The notes under the pieces were generated by a model that was not told the origin of the DNA, did no database searches, and saw only the letters and a list, made by a program, of their open reading frames with translations. The translations under genes were made by a program, and so were the position numbers. Shown here one piece after another: positions 22,628-32,710 of a DNA stretch of 64,000 nucleotides; positions within the stretch are counted from its first letter, which is position 1; every line of letters starts with the position of its first letter. This DNA comes from Meyerozyma guilliermondii (Eukaryota): assembly GCA_051546255.1 (NCBI GenBank), contig CP128818.1, positions 744,001 to 808,000 of the forward strand, given 5' to 3'.

Positions 22628-25504
22628 ATGGCGCTCAACTCCGTCGGAACTGCCACCTTCGGCCTCTCAAAGGACCTTACCGTTCCTGTCTCGGTGAAAA
22701 TATGCTATCTTCAAAATGGCCCAAAACAAGTTCGTCTCGCTACTCTGTCAGAAAAATACTCCGAGCCGTCAGTGTTTCGCAAACTATCCAACGTCAACGC
22801 CACTTCCGAATTCTATGTTCAAGTCCAGATATACCAAGAAAACAACCCCATTTCAAATCCTGTTCAAACCTCATACCAACCGTTCACCGCCAATCGACGG
22901 CTATGGAACCAGTGGCTCCAACTTCCAATCTACTTTAACCAGCTATCATTGTCCGCCTACATCGTGCTCGCCATATATGAGATTTGTGACACATCGCCGT
23001 CGTTGGTGGGCGTAGGAACTTTGCCTATGTTCAACACCTCCGAGTGCACACTCAACAAAGGAACTCAAAAAGTAGCTATTCGTGCTAGGGGTTTGCCCGG
23101 TAGTTTTGAAGGCTGCTGTGAGTTGTCTTCTTCGGAGAGTAACCTTATAAAGTACGAAAATGGCGACTATAAGCTGGTTCCTTGGCTCGACAAGATGGTG
23201 GGTCCGGCGCTCATGGCGATGCAAAACAACACGCAAAAGCTTGAAACCGACGCAGATGTGTTGTTCAACCTCTACATTGAGCTTCCTCGCTTCGATTTGC
23301 CCATAGTGTACTCAGATATAACCTATGATGTTCCGTCGGCTGCATCCGAAGCTCGCCGGTTTCAGCCGTCTCTTCCTCCCGATTCCACCAACGTCACCAT
23401 CAATTCCATCGACATATCCATCCCCGAATCTGCAAATGGCATGAAGATCTACGACCCCGACTTTCAGCTCGAAGCACTCACCATAGATTCCGACTTTAGC
23501 ATCCCAGACCCAATCGAACAAAAGTACCAAAAATTGGAAAGAAACATCAACAACACCATCTTGGACAAAGACCTCAAGCCGTCTCCAGAAATCCGCGACG
23601 AATTGTTGCGTATACTTCAAAAACCATCCAATATCGAAATGACAGAAATGGAAAAAATGCTCGTGTGGAAGTTCCGATACTACTATTCCAAGAACAATAT
23701 CACCAGCCAAGACCAGACCCAAGGCACAAAGTCTTCCAGGAGCAGAAAGCTGTTTTTAATCAAGTTTTTGAAAGCAGTGAACTGGTCAAATGAACTGGAA
23801 CTAGACCAAACCTTCAACGAATTCGTACCCAATTACTGGTCCGTCAACGATATCGACGTGGGAGATGCCTTGGAATTGCTCAGCAACCAGTTCAATCCTC
23901 TTGCTTTGGGTGCTACGGTATCTGATACAGACGACAAGCATAGCGATCTTTCTGCCAAAATTTTCAAGTATACCACTTTTTTGCGTCGATTTGCTGTGAG
24001 CAGACTTCGTTTGGCAAGCGCAGATGAGTTGTTGCTTTACCTTTTGCAATTGGTTCAGGCCTTGAAGTACGAGCTAGTCGAAAAAGATCCTTTGAAATCA
24101 TTCGATCTGGACGACTTTCAAACCACAGACTTGGGCTCCTCACCGCTTGCAACGTTCTTAATCGAGAGGGCAGTCGAGAATGAAACTTTGGGAAACTTTT
24201 TCTACTGGTTCGTCAAAGTTGAGCATGAAGACCAACTAGGAAGAAGAAGCGACGAGAACCGAACTAATATCTACACCATAGTACTCAACAGGTATATCGA
24301 TAACCTTAAAAAGTACTCACAGGTCAAGAAGACTCGCGGATACAGTAATCTCAAAAGACAGATTTGGTTCATCAAAAAACTAACTAACTTGGTGGAGCTT
24401 CTAAGATCAACTTTCAAAAGAAATGAAGCCACTGCAAAAAAAGCTCAATTTCTTCGAGACTACTTGTCGGAACCATCAAACGAGCTCAAAAAGTTTCTGC
24501 ATCCATTTCCGCTTCCCTTGGACCCTTCCGTGGTTATCTGTGGATGCTATCCTGAGGAGTCTTCAGTCTTTAAAAGTTCGCTTGCTCCTCTCAAATTGAC
24601 GTTTAAAACAATCACCAATTACCATGAAAACTCGACATCTTCCTCACAAATCTTCGGAAAGAATTATAAGCACGGCAAGTACCTGCTCATGTTCAAAATT
24701 GGTGACGATTTGCGTCAAGATCAACTAGTGATCCAGATCATGAACCTTATGGACCAGCTTTTAAAAAATGAAAATCTTGACCTACGTTTGACACCATACA
24801 AGATTTTGGCCACAAGCCCCATAGCAGGGTTGATTCAGTTTGTTCCTAACCAAACCCTTGATTCTGTTTTGGCGGTTGGTGGTCCAGAAAATGGCATTCT
24901 TCATTATTTGCGGGCAGCACAGGCAGATGCGACAACTGCTCGTCCGCTTCCAGGTAGCAGTGTTCATGCGGTAACGTCCGACATGGGAGTGCCGGCACTG
25001 GTAATGGATAACTATGTGCGGTCTTGCGCTGGATACTGTGTCATAACCTACCTTTTGGGAGTTGGAGATAGACATTTAGACAATCTTCTTCTTTCGCCAA
25101 ATGGAAAATTCTGGCACGCCGACTTTGGTTACATTCTAGGCAGAGACCCCAAGCCGTTCCCACCGTTGATGAAGCTTCCGATCCAGGTCATCGAGGGTAT
25201 GGGAGGTCGAGAGCATGAAAACTTTCACATCTTTCAGAATTACTGTTTCATCACCTATACTACTTTGAGGAAAAGTAGCAATTTGATCTTGAATTTGTTT
25301 CAGTTGATGTTGGATGCGAATATTCCCGACATTCGTATCGATCCACTGCGGGCAGTCGAAAAGGTTCAAGAGAAGTTTTGCTTGGATATGAGCGAAGAGG
25401 AGGCCATTCTTCATTTCCAAAACTTGATCAATGATAGCGTTAATGCCTTCTTGCCAGTTGTTATTGACCGGTTGCACAGTTTGGCACAATACTGGAGAGC
25501 TTAG
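22628..25504 (+). CDS. VPS34: Class III phosphatidylinositol 3-kinase
   Basis: C2 + helical + kinase domains; FKIGDDLRQDQL, GVGDRHLDN, HADFGYILGRDPKP, C-terminal LAQYWRA. Confidence 0.98.
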   Translation: MALNSVGTATFGLSKDLTVPVSVKICYLQNGPKQVRLATLSEKYSEPSVFRKLSNVNATSEFYVQVQIYQENNPISNPVQTSYQPFTANRRLWNQWLQLPIYFNQLSLSAYIVLAIYEICDTSPSLVGVGTLPMFNTSECTLNKGTQKVAIRARGLPGSFEGCCELSSSESNLIKYENGDYKLVPWLDKMVGPALMAMQNNTQKLETDADVLFNLYIELPRFDLPIVYSDITYDVPSAASEARRFQPSLPPDSTNVTINSIDISIPESANGMKIYDPDFQLEALTIDSDFSIPDPIEQKYQKLERNINNTILDKDLKPSPEIRDELLRILQKPSNIEMTEMEKMLVWKFRYYYSKNNITSQDQTQGTKSSRSRKLFLIKFLKAVNWSNELELDQTFNEFVPNYWSVNDIDVGDALELLSNQFNPLALGATVSDTDDKHSDLSAKIFKYTTFLRRFAVSRLRLASADELLLYLLQLVQALKYELVEKDPLKSFDLDDFQTTDLGSSPLATFLIERAVENETLGNFFYWFVKVEHEDQLGRRSDENRTNIYTIVLNRYIDNLKKYSQVKKTRGYSNLKRQIWFIKKLTNLVELLRSTFKRNEATAKKAQFLRDYLSEPSNELKKFLHPFPLPLDPSVVICGCYPEESSVFKSSLAPLKLTFKTITNYHENSTSSSQIFGKNYKHGKYLLMFKIGDDLRQDQLVIQIMNLMDQLLKNENLDLRLTPYKILATSPIAGLIQFVPNQTLDSVLAVGGPENGILHYLRAAQADATTARPLPGSSVHAVTSDMGVPALVMDNYVRSCAGYCVITYLLGVGDRHLDNLLLSPNGKFWHADFGYILGRDPKPFPPLMKLPIQVIEGMGGREHENFHIFQNYCFITYTTLRKSSNLILNLFQLMLDANIPDIRIDPLRAVEKVQEKFCLDMSEEEAILHFQNLINDSVNAFLPVVIDRLHSLAQYWRA

Positions 25505-25507
25505 CAT

Positions 25508-26218
25508 TTATCGCTTTCGTTTATAGTAATCTCCAGCAAACCGTACCATGTAGGTGTAGATGGCAGACAAGAGACCGATTGGTGGAATCAAGTCCAACAC
25601 TGACATCATGGTCAGAGGTCTTATTTCCCTTACAACGGAAGCCACGGCCTTCTTGAGTTCATCCAACTCTCCACTATTGTCAATTACCACGTCGGCTCGG
25701 TAATTACGTTCCTGGTTGGACATTTGGCTAGCAATTCGATTCGCAGCGTCTTGCTCAGACAACTCTGGATTTCGACTAAGAAGTCGTTTAATTTGCACCT
25801 CTTCACTACAGCTCACAGTGACCGTCTTGCCGCAAATCTGGTACAATCCTGCTTCGAAAAGGAGGGGAACATCAAGAACAACCATGGATTTTCCAGAAAT
25901 ATATGCCTTGAAAAGTCTCCAAAAGATTGCTTTTCTGACTGCTGGATGAACGATTGAGTTCAAAACGGCGAGCCTCTCCTTGTTGCCAAACACACTGCGA
26001 CCCAAAGCTGCTCGATTAAGCTCTCCATTGTCAGCCACCAAATCTTCAACATCAGAAAAGTGCCTCAAGATCGCTCTGTATCCTCCAGTTCCAGGCCTTA
26101 CAACCTCCCTGGCAAGCAAATCGGCATCTACAACAGGTATACCATGCACCAGGTTGAGCTCACACGAAACCGTGGACTTTCCAGTGGCAATTCCACCGGT
26201 TAAACCTACAATAAGCAT
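25508..26218 (-). CDS. CAB5: Dephospho-CoA kinase
   Basis: VGLTGGIATGKS P-loop, DADLLAREVV, LNSIVHPAV, DVPLLFE, RIASQM. Confidence 0.96.
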   Translation of the reverse strand: MLIVGLTGGIATGKSTVSCELNLVHGIPVVDADLLAREVVRPGTGGYRAILRHFSDVEDLVADNGELNRAALGRSVFGNKERLAVLNSIVHPAVRKAIFWRLFKAYISGKSMVVLDVPLLFEAGLYQICGKTVTVSCSEEVQIKRLLSRNPELSEQDAANRIASQMSNQERNYRADVVIDNSGELDELKKAVASVVREIRPLTMMSVLDLIPPIGLLSAIYTYMVRFAGDYYKRKR

Positions 26219-26340
26219 ATCTACTTCTCCAGCTGAACCGTTAATTTATCGCGACTTCACATCCGTACACCCACTTTTAAGGCATTTGAATCAAGCTGAA
26301 TCGATGAGGTCGCAGACATTGAAATTTGTTTTCAGCAGAT

Positions 26341-27384
26341 ATGAAGGTATATGTGCTTGGTGCCGGTTCTATGGGCTCCCTAGTGGCCCACTATATGTCC
26401 TTGGCTCACCCGGAATTGTCAATGGTACTTCTTATGAAAACACAAGCTCGATTGGACAATTTTGTCAGACACAACTCGGAAATTTCTGTGGTCAAAAAAG
26501 ACGGAATTGTTCGTGCCCAGCTTGCAGCGGGTGGTATGCCTCCTATGCGGAAGGACGGTAACCCTGCGCACATAGAAAATCTCATAGTAGCCACAAAAAC
26601 CCATGCTACTGAAACTGCTCTTGAGCCGTATCTCAAAAATATTTCTTCCAGCACAAACTTGTTACTTTTGCAAAACGGAATGGGCATGCCTGAGTACTTG
26701 ACAAGAAAATTCTGGCCCTCGGGGAACCGTCCGCAAATTTTCCAGGCCATATCGACACATGGAGCATATAAATCGTCACAAAATGTGGTTCAACACACGG
26801 TCAATGGTTCACTTGTGATAGCTGAACAGCCGGAAATTACTCAACATACTACTACAACGATTCCACTGAACCCTCTAGTAGATGCCATTGTGTCTACTCC
26901 CGAGTTGAATGCTTCTCATGTGAATTACTCGGACTTTCTACTTGCTCAGATCGACAAGCTCATTGCCAATGCTTGTATAAATCCTCTTCTGGCCATCTAC
27001 GACTGCTTCAATGGCGACTTGCTTCTTAGCACACACCTATTGCCCATCCTCAAGCAGATTGTGAACGAAGCAAGAGCAGTTTTTCTTGCCGAATATAAGG
27101 TGCTCAATGAAAACCCACAAGCGGCTGCTTCTTTGGACACAGAACGCATGCTTGCCCACGTCGTCCGTATGTTTGAGCTCACGGCGGCTAACAGCTCCTC
27201 CATGAGAGAGGACATTCGCAACTTGAACACCACCGAAATAGACTGGATAAATGGCTTTCTTGTGCGGGTGGGAAAACAGCATGGTATAAATACTCCCGCC
27301 AACCTCATGCTAGTCAACATGGTGAAAAGCAAGCTTGCTATTGAGCGTGGACTCGACCAGAGAGCAGCATCGTTAGTGGCATGA
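26341..27384 (+). CDS. Ketopantoate reductase (ApbA/PanE) family protein at the CBS2-syntenic locus (347 aa)
   Basis: VLGAGSMG, VATKT, LLQNGMG, KLIANACINP, SSMREDI...TEIDWING; lies between CAB5 and RKM2 like S. cerevisiae CBS2; PAN5 vs CBS2 orthology unresolved. Confidence 0.88.
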   Translation: MKVYVLGAGSMGSLVAHYMSLAHPELSMVLLMKTQARLDNFVRHNSEISVVKKDGIVRAQLAAGGMPPMRKDGNPAHIENLIVATKTHATETALEPYLKNISSSTNLLLLQNGMGMPEYLTRKFWPSGNRPQIFQAISTHGAYKSSQNVVQHTVNGSLVIAEQPEITQHTTTTIPLNPLVDAIVSTPELNASHVNYSDFLLAQIDKLIANACINPLLAIYDCFNGDLLLSTHLLPILKQIVNEARAVFLAEYKVLNENPQAAASLDTERMLAHVVRMFELTAANSSSMREDIRNLNTTEIDWINGFLVRVGKQHGINTPANLMLVNMVKSKLAIERGLDQRAASLVA

Positions 27385-27385
27385 A

Positions 27386-28711
27386 TTACCATTCTTCTAA
27401 GCCATCAAGGGTCACCGTTGCAATATGTTCCATATCAGAATAGAGACGTTGAATTTGCAAAATCCGGCCATTTTTACTAGACTCAAGTCTAGCAGACATC
27501 GTTCCACACTCAGCCACTACCTCGTTCAAGATCCGGCGAATAAGACTTTTCGACACAGACTTGTAACTTTCTCCGTCATTATACCCTTGTATGAGCAGAT
27601 TGAGACGCCTCGATTGTGCGGGTTCTCGTTCCTGGATTGTGGCCAAAGCGACCTGAGTTCGAAAAGAGATTCCTCCGGTCTCGGATATGGTATAATCTCC
27701 ATAGTATCCTTGTTCACGAAGAAACGATTTTTGGGCATCGTTCATGATTCCTTCAATATGGTGAGAAACGTCCAAATTGTTCCATTTGTTGGTTTCCATG
27801 GTAAATGCATATTCGCAGAGCAAGAACTCGTTGGAATGAGGCCCATAGCTGAACAAGAGTTCCTGTCCAGCGGCGTGGTCAACACACGAGATCACCAGGA
27901 ACCCTCTACTGTCGATTTTTATAGCACATTTTTCATCACAGTCGTGATTCAAAAAATCAACGTACGGAGCCAACGTGAAATTATCGGCTTCTGCCTTGCT
28001 GGAGGGGAACGACATGTACAAACAACGGGAATTAATACACATCCAAGCCCATAAAAATTCCATTTTGTTCAAGGGTTCACTTTTCGCAGCCGTTAAAAAT
28101 TCACTAACGGCAGTGTAGTCTTCGTTAAATCGCACCAGAACCTTCTTAGCGTGGTTCCTAGAGCTTCTAGGGAGTAGCTCAAAAAAATCTGCTGCTTTAG
28201 AGCCGGTCAACTCTGACTCGACTTCCCATACAATAGGTGCAAAATCAAGTTCTTCGAGCTTGGGAAGAGAAGAAATAAAAGCACACCAAAACGAGTTTTC
28301 TTTCCTCTTTTTCTCGAGACAGATGTAGAGCGCCGTGCGCTGGAACGCAGTCAACTGGAGCCATTTAGAAATCGGTATTTTTGCGTACAATTCCGTCCAT
28401 TGATCGGTGGTATACTCACTTGGAAGCAGCACCGAATAGCCCAAATCCGGAACTGATTCTTTGCCATTGAACCGAGAAATGTGTTTGATTATGGTATTGG
28501 TGTTCATGAGAAACGAATGGGGAATACGAACGAGAGTTTCCTTTGCTGAAACATTCTGAGTAGCATAGACACCACGGCCCGAAGTTTCGTTTGAAAGAAC
28601 ATTCACTTTTGAAGAAATATGTGTTACATTCGGAGCCGCTGAGAATGGAGCCGGAGGCGACGAGAGCCACTGGACGAGCCCCGGAATCCCATAGTCGTCC
28701 AGATCACCCAT
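27386..28711 (-). CDS. RKM2: SET-domain ribosomal protein lysine methyltransferase
   Basis: GRGVYA, WAWMCINSRCLY, APYVDFLNH, SYGPHSNEFLLCEY; start 28711 or 28786; GATGAG (PAC-like) at about 28748-28757. Confidence 0.88.
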   Translation of the reverse strand: MGDLDDYGIPGLVQWLSSPPAPFSAAPNVTHISSKVNVLSNETSGRGVYATQNVSAKETLVRIPHSFLMNTNTIIKHISRFNGKESVPDLGYSVLLPSEYTTDQWTELYAKIPISKWLQLTAFQRTALYICLEKKRKENSFWCAFISSLPKLEELDFAPIVWEVESELTGSKAADFFELLPRSSRNHAKKVLVRFNEDYTAVSEFLTAAKSEPLNKMEFLWAWMCINSRCLYMSFPSSKAEADNFTLAPYVDFLNHDCDEKCAIKIDSRGFLVISCVDHAAGQELLFSYGPHSNEFLLCEYAFTMETNKWNNLDVSHHIEGIMNDAQKSFLREQGYYGDYTISETGGISFRTQVALATIQEREPAQSRRLNLLIQGYNDGESYKSVSKSLIRRILNEVVAECGTMSARLESSKNGRILQIQRLYSDMEHIATVTLDGLEEW

Positions 28712-29047
28712 TTTTGAGAGATGAGGAGAATTGTGGAGATTCGAAAGATGAGATGAGATCGCGAATTTAAGAGTAACGCGATACATTGATTCGAAGATTA
28801 GAAATACTAAAGATAAAAATAGTGAAGATAAAAATAGTGAAGATTAAAATTGAAGATTAGTATTGAAGAGAGGAGGTTGTGTAGGTCCACAATACCAATA
28901 CTTGACATAGAAGAAAGAAGAACCACAAAAATATTTTAAGAGAATAAATAATTTCTTAATTGTATTCCACACCTTCAAACAGACTAAACTACATCCACAA
29001 AATCCTAAAGCGTGTCCATTGACTTCCCAAACCTATCCTGCCGCTCC

Positions 29048-30898
29048 ATGAAGATACTATGTGTGGCAGAAAAGCCGTCAATAGCAAAAGAAGTGTCCCA
29101 AATACTTTCGGGTGGTCTGGTAAGAGTACGCAACTCTGCCAACAGATACGTTAAAAACTACGATTTTACGTTTGAATTTCCTACAACAGGCCGTTGTGAC
29201 GTGACTATGACCTCAGTTCTCGGCCATATCACAAACATAGACTTTCCCCCTGCTTATTCGTGGAATAAATGTGTCCCTGGAAAGCTCTTTAGCGCTCCAA
29301 TTATTGAAGTTGTTTCGAAGAAAGATGTCTACAAAAACATTGCCAATGAGGCCCGCAATGCTTCAAATCTCATGATCTGGACAGACTGTGATCGGGAGGG
29401 CGAGTTCATAGGCCATGAAATATTCCAGGCTGCTCAGCTGGGCAACCCCAGACTCCGGGTCGACGAGATCTGGCGGTCGCAATTCTCCCACTTGGAAAGG
29501 TCCCATGTTCTTCACGCTGCACGGAACCCAGTCAAATTGGACCTCAATGCCGTGGCTGCTGTAGGGTGTCGTATGGAAATCGACCTACGAGTAGGCGCTG
29601 GCTTTACTCGTTTCCTTTCTGACCTTCTCAAAAGAAGCGGAGCAATTCCCCTTGAAAAAGGTCAGGTTGTCTCGTATGGAACCTGTCAGTTTCCCACGTT
29701 GGGGTTCGTGGTTGATAGATACACCAGGGTCAAGAATTTCATCCTGGAGCCATTTTGGCACATTTCCATACGAGTGAAGAAAGACGATAAAATCGCCCCA
29801 TTTACTTGGACAACCGGCCATGTATTTGACCATTTATACGTTTTCCTCGCCTACCAAGCATGCCTCCAGCACAAAGAAGCTACGGTGACCAGCATAACTA
29901 CAAAACCCACCAGCAATTGGCGACCGTTACCGCTCACCACCGTTGAGCTTCAGAAAGACTGCTCGTCGTTCTTCAAGATGAGTGCCAAAAGAGCACTTGA
30001 TGCTGCCGAAAAATTGTACAATAAAGGGTTTTTGTCGTACCCAAGAACTGAAACCGACAAATTTCCTGCTACTATGGACCTACGTTCGGTTATCCAGACT
30101 CAATCCCAGGACTCTCAATGGGGAAACTATGCTTCCGAGCTACTTCAAGGCAAATTCAGACAGCCAAGAGCAGGAAACCACGACGATAAAGCACATCCTC
30201 CTATTCACCCAGTGAAATATGTTGCGCTATCTGCATTGGATTCGGCTGATGAGAAGAAAATCTACGAATACGTCGTACGACGGTTTCTTGCTTGTTGCTC
30301 AGATGACGCTCGTGGAAACCAGACAAAGGCCATTGTTCAATGGGGAGCAGAGAAGTTTTCTGCGAGTGGTCTTGCAGTGATTGAACGCAACTATTTGGAC
30401 ATTTATGTCTATAAAAAGTGGCTGTCGACGGTAGAGCTTCCCAACTTTCAACAAGGTGACAGAGTCAAGCTTACTTCTTCTCAGTTACAAGAGGGAAAGA
30501 CGTCTCCTCCAAAGTACATGACAGAGTCAGAATTAATCGCTCTAATGGACGCCAATGGAATTGGAACCGATGCAACTATTGCAGATCATATCGACAAGAT
30601 CATCAACCGTGGTTACGTTGTCAAGGTAAAACAAGGTAGCACCGAGTACATTCTTCCTTCGGAGTTTGGAATGGGTTTAATTCAAGGTTTCGATGCCATT
30701 GAACTCGACAACATATCGCTTTCTAAGCCGTTTTTAAGAAAGCAATTGGAAACCAGTCTTCAGCAGGTGGTCAATGGAACAGCTTCCAAGCAAAGTGTTC
30801 TCGATGCGATTGTCCATTTGTACAAACAGGCATACTCACAGTCCACACAGAACAGCCAGGTGATCGTACAGGCTTGCAGACGTGTAATGAACCAGTAA
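29048..30898 (+). CDS. TOP3: DNA topoisomerase III
   Basis: MKILCVAEKPSIAK, WTDCDREGE, SYGTCQFPTLGFVV, catalytic SYPRTET, GIGTDAT. Confidence 0.98.
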   Translation: MKILCVAEKPSIAKEVSQILSGGLVRVRNSANRYVKNYDFTFEFPTTGRCDVTMTSVLGHITNIDFPPAYSWNKCVPGKLFSAPIIEVVSKKDVYKNIANEARNASNLMIWTDCDREGEFIGHEIFQAAQLGNPRLRVDEIWRSQFSHLERSHVLHAARNPVKLDLNAVAAVGCRMEIDLRVGAGFTRFLSDLLKRSGAIPLEKGQVVSYGTCQFPTLGFVVDRYTRVKNFILEPFWHISIRVKKDDKIAPFTWTTGHVFDHLYVFLAYQACLQHKEATVTSITTKPTSNWRPLPLTTVELQKDCSSFFKMSAKRALDAAEKLYNKGFLSYPRTETDKFPATMDLRSVIQTQSQDSQWGNYASELLQGKFRQPRAGNHDDKAHPPIHPVKYVALSALDSADEKKIYEYVVRRFLACCSDDARGNQTKAIVQWGAEKFSASGLAVIERNYLDIYVYKKWLSTVELPNFQQGDRVKLTSSQLQEGKTSPPKYMTESELIALMDANGIGTDATIADHIDKIINRGYVVKVKQGSTEYILPSEFGMGLIQGFDAIELDNISLSKPFLRKQLETSLQQVVNGTASKQSVLDAIVHLYKQAYSQSTQNSQVIVQACRRVMNQ

Positions 30899-30978
30899 TT
30901 TTGCACCCACTCGGTTTACGTGGTGCACTGGATGTTTTTTCATTTACTTGAGATGTCAAGACTTCGGGAAATATCTCC

Positions 30979-32625
30979 ATGTCCAATCGGCCCGTGTGCA
31001 AGTTTTATGCCAGCGGCAACTGCAAAAGAGGCAGCAGCTGTAAATTTGCACATGTGAATCCAAAAAATAATACCAGATCCAATCGCAGAGACTTTACTTC
31101 ACCGGACAACCTCAACTTCATCGAATCCGAAATCATTTCCGACATCAAAAATGTTCGTCAAATCAAAGCACAACCGTTACTTTCGTCCTACGGCGTGGGA
31201 GAAGACTGCTACCTGTTGATAAGTGGACGAGATTTGTCATTCGAAGAACAACGACTACAGTTTCTCGAAGCCCAAGCAACGAACAAGGTGCCCGAATTTG
31301 AAGCCCAGATTCGAGCACGAGAAGAAGATATGAGGCGATGCTTCAACCATATCCGAGGGCAGGAGAGAATTGCTGCTCGTTACCTACAGCGATATACGGA
31401 AGACCCGTCAAAAATGCAAAAACCATTCATTCCATTTGCTGTGGAAGACACAATACAAAACATGCAAAACACAAATACAGGATTTGGCGGTGGCAGCAAT
31501 GGAAGCGGAGCGTTTGGAGCTGTTTCCAACCCCTTTCAGTCGTCCCAAACTGCAAGTTCAGGATTTGGTTCTTCTGGATTTGGAACCGCCAAAAACACAA
31601 ACTCAGCATTTGGTTCGAGCGGGTTTGGGTCAGCTGGAATCTCTCAAACCGGAACCACCAGTGCATTCGGCAACCAGGGTTTTGGTGCAACGAAACCTTC
31701 TGGAGCCTTTGGAACCCTGGGATTCGGAACCTCTACCACCTCTTCCGCATTTGGTCTGAGCGGATTTGGAAGCGCTGGCTTGGGAAAAAGCACTCCAGCA
31801 CAATCATTTGGCCAGTCAACCACCACTGCATCGCCATCTTCAAGCACTTTTGGAAATGGCTCATCATCAGCATTCGGTGCTCCAGCCCAAAGTGGAGCGT
31901 TCGGTAGTTCAGGATTCGGAAAGCCCACGGGTTCGAGCGGACAAAACGGGTTCGGACAGAGTGGGTTCGGAAGCAGTGGATTTGGACAGAGTGGATTTGG
32001 AAACAGTGGTTCACAAAGTGGTTCTCAAGGTACTCAAGGTTCACAAAGTGGATTTGGTCAAAGCGGTTCTCAAGGTTCTCAGAGTGGATTTGGTCAAAGT
32101 GGGTTCGGTCAAAGTGGATTTGGATCGTCACCTTTCGGCACAGCCAAACAAAATGCTTCACCTTTTGGCAATGCTTCTGCCACAAACGCTACCAGCACAG
32201 CCGGGGGGTTCGGCTCATCGGGTTTTGGCTCAGGAAATTCTGGTTCCGGAACATCAAATGGAGCTTCTGGTGTTGGTTCAGGATCATCAAATGTCTTTGG
32301 CTCGGGTCAGTCTGCTTCTGGATCGAATGGAGGATTTGGCTCTGCGAGTGGATTCGGAGCTCCAGCCAGTGGATTTGGAAATCAAGGATTTGGAGGTTCC
32401 TCTGCTCAAAGCCCTTTTGCATCCACAGGAGCTCAGGCCAGTCCCTTTGGTGCAACTTCATCCTCATCAAATTCAGCTTTTGGAAAGCCAAATGGATTTT
32501 CTCACCAGCCCAAACTCAATATAGACTACGATAATTTGCAAGTCGACGAATCTGTTATCGCGGCTTTTAAGGCTGAGAGGTTCGAATTGGGAAGGGTGCC
32601 GGACATGGCACCTCCAATTGCCTAG
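30979..32625 (+). CDS. NUP42: FG nucleoporin Nup42/Amo1/CG1 with an N-terminal CCCH zinc finger
   Basis: CKFYASGNCKRGSSCKFAH finger; dozens of SGFG/SAFG/SPFG repeats; C-terminal F..ERFELGRVPDMAPP Gle1-binding motif. Confidence 0.88.
   Translation: MSNRPVCKFYASGNCKRGSSCKFAHVNPKNNTRSNRRDFTSPDNLNFIESEIISDIKNVRQIKAQPLLSSYGVGEDCYLLISGRDLSFEEQRLQFLEAQATNKVPEFEAQIRAREEDMRRCFNHIRGQERIAARYLQRYTEDPSKMQKPFIPFAVEDTIQNMQNTNTGFGGGSNGSGAFGAVSNPFQSSQTASSGFGSSGFGTAKNTNSAFGSSGFGSAGISQTGTTSAFGNQGFGATKPSGAFGTLGFGTSTTSSAFGLSGFGSAGLGKSTPAQSFGQSTTTASPSSSTFGNGSSSAFGAPAQSGAFGSSGFGKPTGSSGQNGFGQSGFGSSGFGQSGFGNSGSQSGSQGTQGSQSGFGQSGSQGSQSGFGQSGFGQSGFGSSPFGTAKQNASPFGNASATNATSTAGGFGSSGFGSGNSGSGTSNGASGVGSGSSNVFGSGQSASGSNGGFGSASGFGAPASGFGNQGFGGSSAQSPFASTGAQASPFGATSSSSNSAFGKPNGFSHQPKLNIDYDNLQVDESVIAAFKAERFELGRVPDMAPPIA
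31940..32125 (+). repeat. Coding tandem repeats (SGFGQ / GSQ units) in NUP42
   Basis: Repeated CAAAGTGGATTTGGT / GGTTCTCAAGGT-type units. Confidence 0.8.
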
Positions 32626-32710
32626 CGACCATATATATTATTTTGTGCATGTATACTTAGTCCTGTCCGTATTCTCACCAACTATCAGTTCGCGGCTGAA
32701 ACTTTTCACT

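Noticed and set aside
27425..28054. 209-aa + strand ORF
   Set aside because: Antisense shadow of RKM2
31338..32524. 189-aa and 252-aa alternative-frame ORFs
   Set aside because: By-products of the repetitive FG coding sequence of NUP42
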